From a bacterium (lineage in GTDB: Bacteria; UBA8248): a DNA stretch of 64,000 nt. Below the pieces are notes generated by a model, which saw nothing but the letters and a program-made list of their open reading frames with translations, was not told where the DNA came from and did not search any database. Shown here piece after piece: positions 19,425 through 28,641 of this stretch (positions are counted from its first letter, which is position 1; every line of letters starts with the position of its first letter). The position numbers and the translations under genes were made by a program. The stretch spans positions 2,592,001 through 2,656,000 of the forward strand of contig OZ242260.1 in assembly GCA_965207065.1 (NCBI GenBank), written 5' to 3'.

Positions 19425-20546
19425 ATGGAAGATGTACGCGTGGAGCGGATGGCGGAGATCATCACGGGGTATTCCTCAAAAATAAAGCGAGACGATCTCG
19501 TGGGCATCCGGGGCAGCACGGCCGCCGCTCCCCTGATTCGCGCGCTCTACGCCGAGTGCGTCCGGCGCGGCGCTCACGTTCATGCCGAGGTGTCGCTGCC
19601 GGGGCTGGAAGAGATTTTCTATGAGCACGCGAGCCGCAGGCAGATTTCCTTCCTCTCGCCCATGAGGCAATTCGAAGTCGAGAACGTGGACGTCGTCATC
19701 TCCATCCTCTCTGAGACGAACACCCGGCGGCTCTCGGGCGCGGACCCCAAAAAACAGGCGCTGGCTTCCAAGGCCAGACAGCCCATCATGGAAACCTTCA
19801 TGAAGCGCGCCGCCGAGCATGAAACGAAGGGGAAGGGGGGCCTCCGGTGGACGCTCACCCTGTTTCCCACGGACGCCTACGCCCAGGACGCCGAGATGGG
19901 GATCAGGGAATATGAGGATTTCGTCTTCGGCGCGTGTTTCGCAAATGAGGCGGGCGGCATCAGGCGCTGGCGGGCGCAGGACAGGCGTCAGGCGCGGGTC
20001 ATCCGCTACCTGAAGGGCCGCAAGGTGGTGGAAATCGGCGCGCCGGGCACTGATTTGAGAGTCGGCATCGCGGGGCGTCCGTTCATGAACTGCTCGGGGC
20101 ACAACAATTTCCCGGACGGCGAAGTCTTCACCGGCCCCCAGGAGAACAGGATCGACGGAAAAATCCGCTACTCCTTCCCCGCCTGCATCCAGGGGCGCGA
20201 GGTGGACGGCGTGGAACTCGAGTTCGAGAAGGGCGAGGTCGTAAAGGCGGCGGCCGAGAAGAACGAGGCGTTCCTGAAATCCATGATCGGCATGGACGAA
20301 GGCGCGAAGAGAGTGGGGGAATTCGCATTCGGCCTGAACGCCGGCATCCAGCGTTTTACGAAGAACACGCTGTTCGACGAGAAGATAGGCGGCACCCTGC
20401 ACCTGGCCCTGGGCAAGGGCTACCCCCAGAGCGGATCGAAAAACAACTCCGCGCTTCACTGGGACATGGTGTGCGATTTAAGGGGCGGCGGCGAGGTCTA
20501 CGTGGACGGAAAGCTCTTCTCGAAGGACGGGGAACTAAAGATTTAG
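19425..20546 (+). CDS. Aminopeptidase, peptidase M29 (AmpS/AmpT-like)
   Basis: NFPDGEVFTGP, VGEFAFG, TLFDEKIGGTLHLALG and SALHWDMV. Confidence 0.92.
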   Translation: MEDVRVERMAEIITGYSSKIKRDDLVGIRGSTAAAPLIRALYAECVRRGAHVHAEVSLPGLEEIFYEHASRRQISFLSPMRQFEVENVDVVISILSETNTRRLSGADPKKQALASKARQPIMETFMKRAAEHETKGKGGLRWTLTLFPTDAYAQDAEMGIREYEDFVFGACFANEAGGIRRWRAQDRRQARVIRYLKGRKVVEIGAPGTDLRVGIAGRPFMNCSGHNNFPDGEVFTGPQENRIDGKIRYSFPACIQGREVDGVELEFEKGEVVKAAAEKNEAFLKSMIGMDEGAKRVGEFAFGLNAGIQRFTKNTLFDEKIGGTLHLALGKGYPQSGSKNNSALHWDMVCDLRGGGEVYVDGKLFSKDGELKI

Positions 20547-20634
20547 CCGTGCCAGTAAAAAGCGGATACTCATCGGCTCCGGGGGTTGGTCGCCGGACAC
20601 TCAAAATGCTATTCTCCACGCGCCATTTCTAGAC

Positions 20635-20710
20635 GGGCGGGTAGCTCAGCTGGAAGAGCGGTGCCCTTACAAGGCATAGGTCGGAGGTTCGAACCCTCTC
20701 CCGCCCACCA
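20635..20710 (+). tRNA. tRNA-Val (anticodon TAC)
   Basis: GGGCGGG acceptor stem pairs with CCCGCCC. D-arm TAGCTCAGCTGGAAGAGC, anticodon loop CTTACAA, T-loop GGTTCGAAC, encoded CCA end; 76 nt. Confidence 0.97.
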
Positions 20711-20770
20711 CGTAACAGATCTGTCTTTGACACTTGACTACGCCGTATTCCTGAATTATCGACAGTTCCG

Positions 20771-21511
20771 TCAATTCCTGATTCCACTCCGTTGACTGAC
20801 GTGATTCAGGCGATGTTCAAAATACCTGCGGAACACCTCGTTTTCGGGATAAGCTTCCGGATCTGCCCAACTCGCTCCAATTCGTCCGACCAGCCCCGCA
20901 ATCCAATCGGCAGCCTGTATGGTTTGATAGCGGTGGCTCTCCAGATGGAACGGCTGCTCAATCAGACATCGATACGACTGAATTCCATACATGCTTTGCG
21001 CCGCCTTTGTAAGTAACGCCGAGCTGTGATCGTGTTCATCAAGTATCAAAAGAAAATTTTCCGGTGGCTCGCAATCTTCAGAGCAGAACCCATTGATCCG
21101 CTTGATGGCCTCAACAAGAATCCGTTCGTAGAGTAGATTTGGCTTGTGATTATCAGGTCTGGCGCTTTTCTTAATCCCAACATAGAAAACATAACCGCCG
21201 AGTTTATCGATCTTGCTCAAAAGGCGGTTTGTGAACCTTCGCAATTCAGGGTACTTGTTTACGTTGGTTACCGTATAAAGACTGGCTCCCTTTTTCTCCC
21301 ACTGGGCAGGATTTTTCCCCGACCGTTTAATCTCGAAATCGAGTAGTTCGCATTTGCGCTGAAAAAACCATGTCCCGAACCCACGTACTTCATCGGATGG
21401 AAGTACGAAGCCGGCAAGGCCGAACACGGGGCTGTCGTTGTGGGTCGGATGACCCCGGTTGATGTAAGGCCCGATATGTCCAAATTCGTCGAGATAGGCG
21501 ATGTAAGTCAA
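20771..21511 (-). CDS. DUF3800 domain protein (RNase H-like fold, acidic triad)
   Basis: YLDEFG, ILDEH and IQAADWIAG motifs. GC is visibly lower than the flanks. Probable TTG start at 21511. Confidence 0.85.
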   Translation of the reverse strand: MTYIAYLDEFGHIGPYINRGHPTHNDSPVFGLAGFVLPSDEVRGFGTWFFQRKCELLDFEIKRSGKNPAQWEKKGASLYTVTNVNKYPELRRFTNRLLSKIDKLGGYVFYVGIKKSARPDNHKPNLLYERILVEAIKRINGFCSEDCEPPENFLLILDEHDHSSALLTKAAQSMYGIQSYRCLIEQPFHLESHRYQTIQAADWIAGLVGRIGASWADPEAYPENEVFRRYFEHRLNHVSQRSGIRN

Positions 21512-21519
21512 TGATCGAC

Positions 21520-21610
21520 CCAAGAACGGAAAAACGCGAAAACCCACGCCGGAGCGTGGGTCTCGGAATGAAGGGCAATCCTGTATTGACACCTAGGATT
21601 GCGTCTCAAG
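21520..21610 (-). ncRNA. Candidate structured leader RNA upstream of the DUF3800 gene
   Basis: Hairpin GCAATCCT-N12-AGGATTGC (21575-21602), then ACCCACGC-TCCG-GCGTGGGT (21542-21561) followed by a U-rich tract on the minus strand. Confidence 0.55.
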
Positions 21611-21612
21611 GA

Positions 21613-21643
21613 AATATATAAGTCATCATATTGACATAGTCAA
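21613..21643 (-). promoter_or_regulatory. sigma70-like promoter overlapping a palindrome
   Basis: Minus strand TTGACT-17 nt-TATATA(TT). The palindrome ttgac-ata-gtcaa (21631-21643) covers the -35 element. Confidence 0.55.
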
Positions 21644-21706
21644 CCAGCATCTTCAGGTGAAGAAATAGAGCCTGTATGTCCAGAGTTTAACTATGCCGCT
21701 TGCAAA

Positions 21707-21815
21707 CCGGGGGTGGGGAATCTCTCCCCACCCCCGATGATTTTCAACTTAAGCGGCTTGGGCTGTTCCTGAACCGCTTTCTGCGACTTGCCTCGCCACC
21801 GCGCCAGGCCGTCGT
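21707..21815. repeat. ~100 bp diverged direct repeat A (with GC hairpin) downstream of hcmA
   Basis: Shares ccgggggtg…ccccacccccg, tcctgaacc, cttaagcngct and tcgccaccgcgccnggccgncgt with 26549-26646. Confidence 0.65.
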
Positions 21816-21820
21816 CTGAA

Positions 21821-23512
21821 TCAGAAAACCGGCGTTTCCCGGTAAGTGCCCCAGACTGTCTTCAGTTTCCCGGTGATTTCTCCCATCGTTGCGCCCTCGC
21901 GCACGAGTTCAACCGTGACGGGCATGATGTTCCGCGTCTCGTCCTTTGCGTCCGAGACGAGTTTTTCCAGAAGCGTCCCGACCTTGGCGTTGTCGCGCTC
22001 GGCGCGCACCCTCCTCGTCCGCGCGATCTGCCGCTCGGCGGTCGAGTAGTCATAGGGATGGGTCTCGATCTCCTGGTTCTCGTCCTCCTCGACCAGGGTG
22101 TTGACCCCGATGACCGGCTTCTCGCCGGATTGCTTGCGCAGGGCGGTCTCATAGGCGAAGTCGGCGATCTGCTTCTGGAACCAGCCTTCCTCGATCAGTT
22201 TGACCGTGCCGCCGTTTTCATCCACATAGTCGAGAATCTCGAATATGCGCTTCTCGAACTCGTTGGTCAGGCTCTCGAGGTAGTAGGAGCCGCCCACCGG
22301 ATCGATGACGTTGGCGACGTTCGTTTCCTCTGCGATTACCTGCTGCGTGCGCAAGGCCAGCCGCATGGCGTCTTCGGTCGGAATCGCGAACGCTTCGTCA
22401 TAGCCGTTCGTGTGCAGCGACTGGCAACCGCCCAGTACCGCGGCGAGAGCCTGGAACGCGGTGCGCACGATGTTGATCCGGAATTGCGGCTTGGTCAGGG
22501 TCGCGGCCGCGGTCTGGCAGTGGAAGCGAAGCCGCATCGATTCGGGGTTCTTTGCGCCGAATCGCTCCTTCATGATCCTGGCGTAACAGCGGCGCAGCGC
22601 CCGGAACTTGGCGACCTCCTCGAACAGGTCCGCCTGCGAGACGTAGAAGAAAGCGAGCCTCGGCGCGAACTCGTCGACGTCCATGCCGGTCTTCAGCACC
22701 TCCTCCACGTAGACGATCAGGTTGGCCATGGTGAAGGCGGCCTCCTGCAGGGGCGAGGCGCCGGCTTCGGAGATGTGATAACCCGAGATGTTGATCGGGT
22801 TGTAGCGCTTCATGTTGCGGCCGCAGAAGGATATGCAGTCGCGCACGATGCGGACCGACGGCGCGATGGGGTAGATGAACTCCTTCTGCGCCATATACTC
22901 TTTGAGTATGTCCGCCTGGATGGTGCCCGAGAGCCTGTTCAGGTCGAGGCCGCGCTTCTCGGCCAGCGCCACGTACATGGCGAGCAGGATCCAGGCGCTG
23001 GGGTTGATGGTCATCGACACGGAGATGTTCTCGAGGTCGATGCCGTCGTAGAGCGCCTCCATGTCGGCGAGCGTATCCACGGCCACGCCTTCGCGGCCCA
23101 CCTCGCCCTCGCTCATCGGATGGTCGGAGTCGTAGCCCATGAGCGTGGGCATGTCGAAGTCGGTCGACAGGCCCGTCTGCCCCTGCGAGATCAGGTATTT
23201 GAAGCGTTCGTTGGTGTCTTCGCCGGTGCCGAAACCGGCGATCTGGCGCATGGTCCACACCCGGCTGCGGTACATCGTCGGGTAGGGCCCGCGCGTAAAG
23301 GGGTAGCGCCCCGGCAGGCCGATATCTTCGAGCGGCGTTTCTTCGGTATCGGCGGCGGTATAGACGCGCTGCACCGGAAAATCGCCGGTTGTGAAGAACT
23401 GCTCCTTGCGCTCGGCCTGTTTGTTCAGGAAGGCGGCGACCTCGTTGCTCTCCCAATCCTCGATCTCGCCCCGTAGTTTCTCAAGCGGATTTTGAGTGAA
23501 CATCTCGTTCAT
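21821..23512 (-). CDS. hcmA: B12-dependent acyl-CoA mutase large subunit, 2-hydroxyisobutyryl-CoA mutase type
   Basis: 563 aa. WTMRQIAGF has Ile where MCM has Tyr and ICM has Phe; GLSTDFD carries the Asp. PFTRGPYPTMY and SLHTNGYDEA are present. Confidence 0.85.
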   Translation of the reverse strand: MNEMFTQNPLEKLRGEIEDWESNEVAAFLNKQAERKEQFFTTGDFPVQRVYTAADTEETPLEDIGLPGRYPFTRGPYPTMYRSRVWTMRQIAGFGTGEDTNERFKYLISQGQTGLSTDFDMPTLMGYDSDHPMSEGEVGREGVAVDTLADMEALYDGIDLENISVSMTINPSAWILLAMYVALAEKRGLDLNRLSGTIQADILKEYMAQKEFIYPIAPSVRIVRDCISFCGRNMKRYNPINISGYHISEAGASPLQEAAFTMANLIVYVEEVLKTGMDVDEFAPRLAFFYVSQADLFEEVAKFRALRRCYARIMKERFGAKNPESMRLRFHCQTAAATLTKPQFRINIVRTAFQALAAVLGGCQSLHTNGYDEAFAIPTEDAMRLALRTQQVIAEETNVANVIDPVGGSYYLESLTNEFEKRIFEILDYVDENGGTVKLIEEGWFQKQIADFAYETALRKQSGEKPVIGVNTLVEEDENQEIETHPYDYSTAERQIARTRRVRAERDNAKVGTLLEKLVSDAKDETRNIMPVTVELVREGATMGEITGKLKTVWGTYRETPVF

Positions 23513-24485
23513 GGTCTCCCTCTCTTTCGAGCGTCGTCGAGAGCAATTCCTCCGCCAGCGTATAGGGGTCGCTCTCCCGGCGCATGAGCTGTCCGGCGAG
23601 TTTAGCACTCGCCGACGCTGCAGCGGTGTTGAATCGATCATACAACAGGTTTTCGGCGGTCTTGCGCAGCCGGAATTCCGCGATGCTTTGGCGCCGCGCC
23701 AGGCCCGCATCGGTATCCGTGGTCAGGTCGCGATGCCGGGTGATCGCCTCCAGCAGCTCATCGAGTCCTTCTCCGGTAACAGCGCTGGTGCCGATCACGG
23801 GGGCGGCCCGGTCGGATGGTTCGTGCCCGCCCGTTCCCAGCGTCAGCATCTGCTTCAAGTCGGTCAGCGTCCGGTTGGCGTCGCTGCGGTCGCATTTCGA
23901 CACGACGTGGATGTCTGCGATCTCCAGGAGGCCCGCCTTGATCGCCTGGACATCGTCGCCGAGGCCGGGCGCGGAGACCACCACCGTGGTGTGGGAAGCT
24001 TGTACGATCTCGACCTCGTCCTGGCCCACGCCGACGGTTTCCAGAATGATGACCCCGAAACCGGCGGCATCGAGAATATCGGCCGCCTCGAGGGCCGCGC
24101 GCGCCATGCCGCCGGTCGCCCCGTGCGTGGCCATGCTGCGGATATAGACGCCGGGGTCGGCGCTCAATTCGCTCATGCGGATGCGGTCTCCCAGGATGGA
24201 GCCGCCCGAATACGGAGAGGACGGATCGATCGCGATGACGCCGACCTTCTCGCCGCCCGAACGCAGTCTTTGCGCCAGCCCGCTGACGAGTGTGGATTTT
24301 CCGCTGCCGGGCACCCCGGTCACCCCGACGACGTGCGCTCGTCCGGCGAGCTTGTGAATCCGGGCGAGTGCGTCGCGCGCTTCCGCCAGGCCCGACTCCG
24401 CGCGCGAAATGAGGCGGCCGATCGCGGCCGTCTCGCCTGCCTGAACGCGGGCGATGAGTTCCACCGAAGGGACGTAGACGCCCAT
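23481..24485 (-). CDS. meaH: MeaB-like G-protein chaperone of the mutase
   Basis: GVTGVPGSGKST, IDPSSPYSGGSILGDRIRM, ETVGVGQ and GDDVQAIKAG. Confidence 0.88.
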   Translation of the reverse strand: MGVYVPSVELIARVQAGETAAIGRLISRAESGLAEARDALARIHKLAGRAHVVGVTGVPGSGKSTLVSGLAQRLRSGGEKVGVIAIDPSSPYSGGSILGDRIRMSELSADPGVYIRSMATHGATGGMARAALEAADILDAAGFGVIILETVGVGQDEVEIVQASHTTVVVSAPGLGDDVQAIKAGLLEIADIHVVSKCDRSDANRTLTDLKQMLTLGTGGHEPSDRAAPVIGTSAVTGEGLDELLEAITRHRDLTTDTDAGLARRQSIAEFRLRKTAENLLYDRFNTAAASASAKLAGQLMRRESDPYTLAEELLSTTLEREGDHERDVHSKSA

Positions 24486-25915
24486 CAGCGGTTTTCTTCA
24501 TCCAGTTGCGTCTGCATCTCCTGAAAGACGTCCCTGTCGTCGATCACGCGGCGCGCCTTGAAATCCGTCCGGGGTATCGAACCCGGCTCGGCGATCTCCA
24601 CGCCCGTCCGCAGCCCGAGCACCATCTGCAATTTATGCGCCACCTCGGTGCAGAACCGGGCGGTGTCCTCGGGGTCGGCGAAGGTTTCGGCGTCGGCCTC
24701 GACGCGCAGCAGCAACTCGTCCATCGCCGCCTCGCGGCTGATCACGATCCGGTGCTCTCCGCCATAGTGAGCCAGTTCGTTGAGCGCGGCGTCTATCTCG
24801 CTGGGATACACATTCTCGCCGCGGATCGTGAACATGTCGTCGATGCGCCCGAAAATACCGTGCGGCAGGCGCGGATAGGTGCGTCCGCACGGGTTCGGTT
24901 CGTCCACCCACCGGGTCAGGTCTCCCGACACCAGGCGGATCATCGGCTGGGAGGCTCGTTCGAGGTGGGTGTACACGGGCGTTCCCCGTTCTCCGTAGGG
25001 GACCCGGCGCATGGTTTCGGGGTCGCACACTTCCGTGTAGACGACGTCCTGCCAGCAGAGCATTCCGTCCGTCTCGATCGAACTCGCCACGTTCATCCAC
25101 GGGCTCATCTCGGCCATGGAACCGCTGTCGTACACCTTGGCCCCGTAGATCCCCTCGATGCGCTCGCGGATGGCCGGTATCGAGGCGCCGGGCTCACCGG
25201 AGAAGAACATGATCTTGAGCTGCATGTCGCGCGGGTCCAGGCCCTCGTCTTCCGCGACCTGGGCGAGGTGCAGGGCGTAGGTCGGCGTACCGTAGAAGGC
25301 GGTGGGCTTCAGCATGTCGAGCCATTGCACGCAGCGCGCCGACATGCCGGACGCGCCGGCGCCGAACGGGAACGCTCTTGCGCCGAGGCGTTCCGCGCCG
25401 GCGAGCGCCCCCCAGCTCCCCATGTAGAGGGAGAACACGGCGGCGACGCAAATCGTATCCCCGGGGCGCAGGCCCATGCCCCACATGACGCGCGCATGCG
25501 CGTTGGCGATGGCGCGCCAGTCGCCCTGCGAGATGGCGAAGGCGGTAGGCCGCCCGGTCGTGCCGCTCGTGCCGTGGATGTGATAGACGTCGCTCTCGCC
25601 CACGCAGAGATAATCGCCAAAGGGCGGATGGCGTTCCTGGGCTTCGCGCAGGTCCTTCTTGGTCAGGACCGGGACCTTCTCCTCGAAGTCCTCGAGCGAT
25701 TTGAGTTGGCTCGGGTGAAAACCGGCCTCATCCCATTTGCGGCGATAGAGGGGAGCATGTTCGTAGGCATAGGAGCAGACCTGGCAGAGGCGCTCCAGGA
25801 TGGCCTTCTCCCGGTCTCCCGCCGGCATCGTCTCCCGCCGGGGGAACCAGTAGCGGCTATCCGGAGGCGGCAGAAAGTTCTCGTCGTAAGCGGGTGGGAA
25901 TGACCAGGACTCCAT
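24485..25915 (-). CDS. hcl: Phenylacetate-CoA ligase family protein; probable 2-hydroxyisobutyrate-CoA ligase
   Basis: HGTSGTTGRP, SGEPG and GRIDDMFTIRGENVYP. Lies between hcmB and meaH. Confidence 0.75.
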   Translation of the reverse strand: MESWSFPPAYDENFLPPPDSRYWFPRRETMPAGDREKAILERLCQVCSYAYEHAPLYRRKWDEAGFHPSQLKSLEDFEEKVPVLTKKDLREAQERHPPFGDYLCVGESDVYHIHGTSGTTGRPTAFAISQGDWRAIANAHARVMWGMGLRPGDTICVAAVFSLYMGSWGALAGAERLGARAFPFGAGASGMSARCVQWLDMLKPTAFYGTPTYALHLAQVAEDEGLDPRDMQLKIMFFSGEPGASIPAIRERIEGIYGAKVYDSGSMAEMSPWMNVASSIETDGMLCWQDVVYTEVCDPETMRRVPYGERGTPVYTHLERASQPMIRLVSGDLTRWVDEPNPCGRTYPRLPHGIFGRIDDMFTIRGENVYPSEIDAALNELAHYGGEHRIVISREAAMDELLLRVEADAETFADPEDTARFCTEVAHKLQMVLGLRTGVEIAEPGSIPRTDFKARRVIDDRDVFQEMQTQLDEENR

Positions 25916-25925
25916 GGGTGCCTGC

Positions 25926-26333
25926 TTAGCGCGCGCCGCGCTCCTCCACGAGACGGGTCAGCGTGTCGATGATCGTTTGCGGCGGCGTATCCTGGAGCAA
26001 CACCTTGCTGACCCCCATTTTCTTGAGGCTGACCACGTCTTCGTCCGGCATGACGCCGCCGGCCACGACGATCATGTCATCGGCGCCGCTGGCCCGGAGC
26101 ATGTCGAATATCTTGGGGAACACCGTCATCTGCACCCCGGACAGGAGACTTACGCCCAGCACGTCGACGTCTTCCTGCACGGCGGCGGTCACCACCTCTT
26201 CCGGTGTGCGGTGCAGGCCGGTGTAGATCACGTCCATGCCGGCGTCGCGAAGGGCGCGGGCGACGATCTTGACGCCCCGGTCGTGACCGTCGAGACCCAC
26301 CTTCGCCAGCAGGACGCGAATTGGCTGACTCAT
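25926..26333 (-). CDS. hcmB: Cobalamin-binding small subunit of the acyl-CoA mutase
   Basis: KVGLDGHDRG (DxHxxG base-off/His-on motif), SLLSG and GG; 135 aa. Confidence 0.85.
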   Translation of the reverse strand: MSQPIRVLLAKVGLDGHDRGVKIVARALRDAGMDVIYTGLHRTPEEVVTAAVQEDVDVLGVSLLSGVQMTVFPKIFDMLRASGADDMIVVAGGVMPDEDVVSLKKMGVSKVLLQDTPPQTIIDTLTRLVEERGAR

Positions 26334-26548
26334 GAGGCGTTCCTCATCGGGTTCTGATTTGTTTACGGAATCAGTATACAACCAGCACGGGAAAAACCAT
26401 ACCGTCAAGGAGAAACAGAATCGGCTCGGGGGGATCGACCTCGAGGACATTCTCGACTACCTGGAGAAAACCGCCCTGAAGGGACAAAAATCATTTCGGA
26501 TTCGCAATTGTTTTGCTTCGCCACGGCGTTTATCCGGGAGCAGGGACG

Positions 26549-26646
26549 CCGGGGGTGAAGAGAAATCCCCCCACCCCCGGTGTGTTACATCCTGAACCTT
26601 AAGCAGCTATTTTGCGTTCTACTTCGCCACCGCGCCGGGCCGACGT
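26549..26646. repeat. ~100 bp diverged direct repeat B, overlapping the 3' end of the CocE-like gene
   Basis: See 21707-21815. Confidence 0.65.
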
Positions 26647-28346
26647 TTCGGGATGATCGGCACGAGCAGGTAGGACTGGTGGTTCGGTCCCGAGTGCAGG
26701 GTGGTGCGCCCGCCGAATACCTCCTTGCAGCGGTCGACGGGATGGTCGTGCAGGAACGGTCCCGAACCGCGCGAGGGCACGTAGGCCTCCACCGCGGGAC
26801 CGGGCCGGTCGAAGTCCTGTCCAGCGATGTTGATCGAGAGCTGGAAACCTTTCGGCAGCACGATGCACTGGGGCCAGATTTCCACGTCGAGCTGGTAGAT
26901 CCGATCCGGCGTGAGCGGCTGCTTGTCATCGTGCGTGTGGTAGGGCCGCCAGGGATCGGACAGCTCCTCGTCCAGCTTCCGGTGCGAGGCGCGCAGCCAG
27001 CCCTGGGCGAGCGGCGTCTTGGGGTCGACCGTGCCCTGGAAGTACACTTCCCGCCCCTTGGGCGAGAACGCCTGGACAGTGACGAACAGGTCCGCATCCA
27101 CCGTGGACGAGGAAATGAAGAGCTTGGCCGACATCGGGCCGGTGATCTCGGTCTCCTCCTTGAGCGGCGCCGTCCTGAGCGTGATGCCGCGCGTGAGCGC
27201 CCGGAAGGTCTTGGAGCGTTTGGCCTTGGGCGGTTTGGCGTCCAGCTTCCCCTTGCCGCCCGCGTGGAGATAGAGCTTCGTCCACTTCGTGCCCTTGAGC
27301 GGCCACTCGTGCTCCTTGCGCAGCTCCACCTCGTCGGTGAACGGCCGCCGGAGGTTCAGCCATACGCGGGGCTCTTTCTCCCAGCCGTTCTGCTCGCCCT
27401 TGAGGTAGTAGTCGAAGAAGCGCTTCTGGAGTTCCATGCCGTATTCGAGGTAGAACCACTCCTCGTGCCTGCCCGGATGGCCTTCGAGCCACTTTTCTTC
27501 AGACGCCGCCTGCGTGTAGGCCTCGAAGTTCCCGCGCGGGTGCAGGCCGAAGCCCGCCCAGCTCCCCGCGCTCAGGAAGGGAACCTTCACCTTCGACCAG
27601 TCGGGCGAGCGGGAGCGGTACCAGTCGTCATCCATCTCGCGCGCCAGGAAGTTCGCGAGCGTGTCGGCGCGGTTGTCCTTGAGTTCTTCCTTCGAAAGCG
27701 TCGCCGGGCCCGTCGAGCGCGTCTCCATCCAGTGGTCGCGCGGGCCGTTGGGATTGCCATGCTGCACCGCCTCGACCTGGCGCGGATACCAGATTTCCAT
27801 GAACTTGTTGGAGAGGATGCCCCCGTGCCGCGCCCAGTCGCGGTAGTGGTCGGCGGCGCCCTCCCAGGGGATCATCGCCGTCAGGTGCTTGGGCTGAAGC
27901 TCTGCGACCTGCCACTGGTTGATGGCGTAGTAGGAGACGCCGTTCAGGCCCACCTTGCCGTTTGACCACTTCTGCTGCCCCGCCCACTCGATGGCGATGG
28001 CGAAGTCCTTGGTCTCGCGCGGGGAGAAGATGTCCAGATAGCCGGGCGAGCGTCCCGCGCCGCGCGAATCGACCCGCACGCAGGCGTAGCCCCAGGGCAC
28101 CCATATCTCGGGGTCCACCGTCTCCCAGGTGAGCCAGCGGTGCTGCGAGCCTTCCAGGATGTCGGGGTGCATCTTCACCAGCGAATCCCAGAGCGGCTTG
28201 TAGTGTTCCTGGTATTTGACGCCCTTGCCGTAGGGGCCGCCGGCAAGGACGACGGGCACCTTCTCCTTGGTGTCGGGCCGGAATACGTCGACCCGCAGCA
28301 CCACCCCGTCATCCATCTCGACGGGCAGATCACGTTCGATAATCAT
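26619..28346 (-). CDS. CocE/NonD family serine hydrolase (peptidase S15)
   Basis: MDDGVVLRVDVFRP, DSRGAGRSPG, nucleophile motif GVSYYA and a C-terminal PepX domain (GWLRASHR). Confidence 0.92.
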   Translation of the reverse strand: MIIERDLPVEMDDGVVLRVDVFRPDTKEKVPVVLAGGPYGKGVKYQEHYKPLWDSLVKMHPDILEGSQHRWLTWETVDPEIWVPWGYACVRVDSRGAGRSPGYLDIFSPRETKDFAIAIEWAGQQKWSNGKVGLNGVSYYAINQWQVAELQPKHLTAMIPWEGAADHYRDWARHGGILSNKFMEIWYPRQVEAVQHGNPNGPRDHWMETRSTGPATLSKEELKDNRADTLANFLAREMDDDWYRSRSPDWSKVKVPFLSAGSWAGFGLHPRGNFEAYTQAASEEKWLEGHPGRHEEWFYLEYGMELQKRFFDYYLKGEQNGWEKEPRVWLNLRRPFTDEVELRKEHEWPLKGTKWTKLYLHAGGKGKLDAKPPKAKRSKTFRALTRGITLRTAPLKEETEITGPMSAKLFISSSTVDADLFVTVQAFSPKGREVYFQGTVDPKTPLAQGWLRASHRKLDEELSDPWRPYHTHDDKQPLTPDRIYQLDVEIWPQCIVLPKGFQLSINIAGQDFDRPGPAVEAYVPSRGSGPFLHDHPVDRCKEVFGGRTTLHSGPNHQSYLLVPIIPKRRPGAVAK

Positions 28347-28641
28347 ACGCACCTCCTGGGTTTGAGAATGAGGCTGCGGCGCCCGAGAAGGGGCCGCCTG
28401 CTCTTTCCGCGTTTCCACATGGTTAGAATGTGGGGAAATTATGCGACAATGCCCCGCATATTTCAATTTGAAGAGTTTATGGCTTTCGTATCTCTCCCGC
28501 TCAAGTGTCGGACGGGAAGAGTGGATAAATCCTCTCACCTGAATCATTTTATGGCCTCGGGCGATTTTCCCGCACTCGATAAACGGCTATATTCGCAGAT
28601 GCAGTCGCGCTCCTATTCCCGCCGCCGGGCCGGAGTTCCCT

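Noticed and set aside
20690-21740. tRNA-Val 3'-end duplication (attR) marking an integrated element
   Set aside because: Only a weak resemblance (gaatctctccccacccc at ~21718), better explained by the hairpin repeat. No integrase is in the window.
26334-26550. Cobalamin riboswitch upstream of the hcm operon (or upstream of the BtuF-like gene at ~60970-61100)
   Set aside because: No convincing B12-box consensus was seen by eye. An Rfam scan would be needed.
26332-26595. 87 aa plus-strand ORF upstream of hcmB (…LGGIDLEDILDYLEK…)
   Set aside because: No recognisable family or RBS. It may be a gene remnant but cannot be supported.
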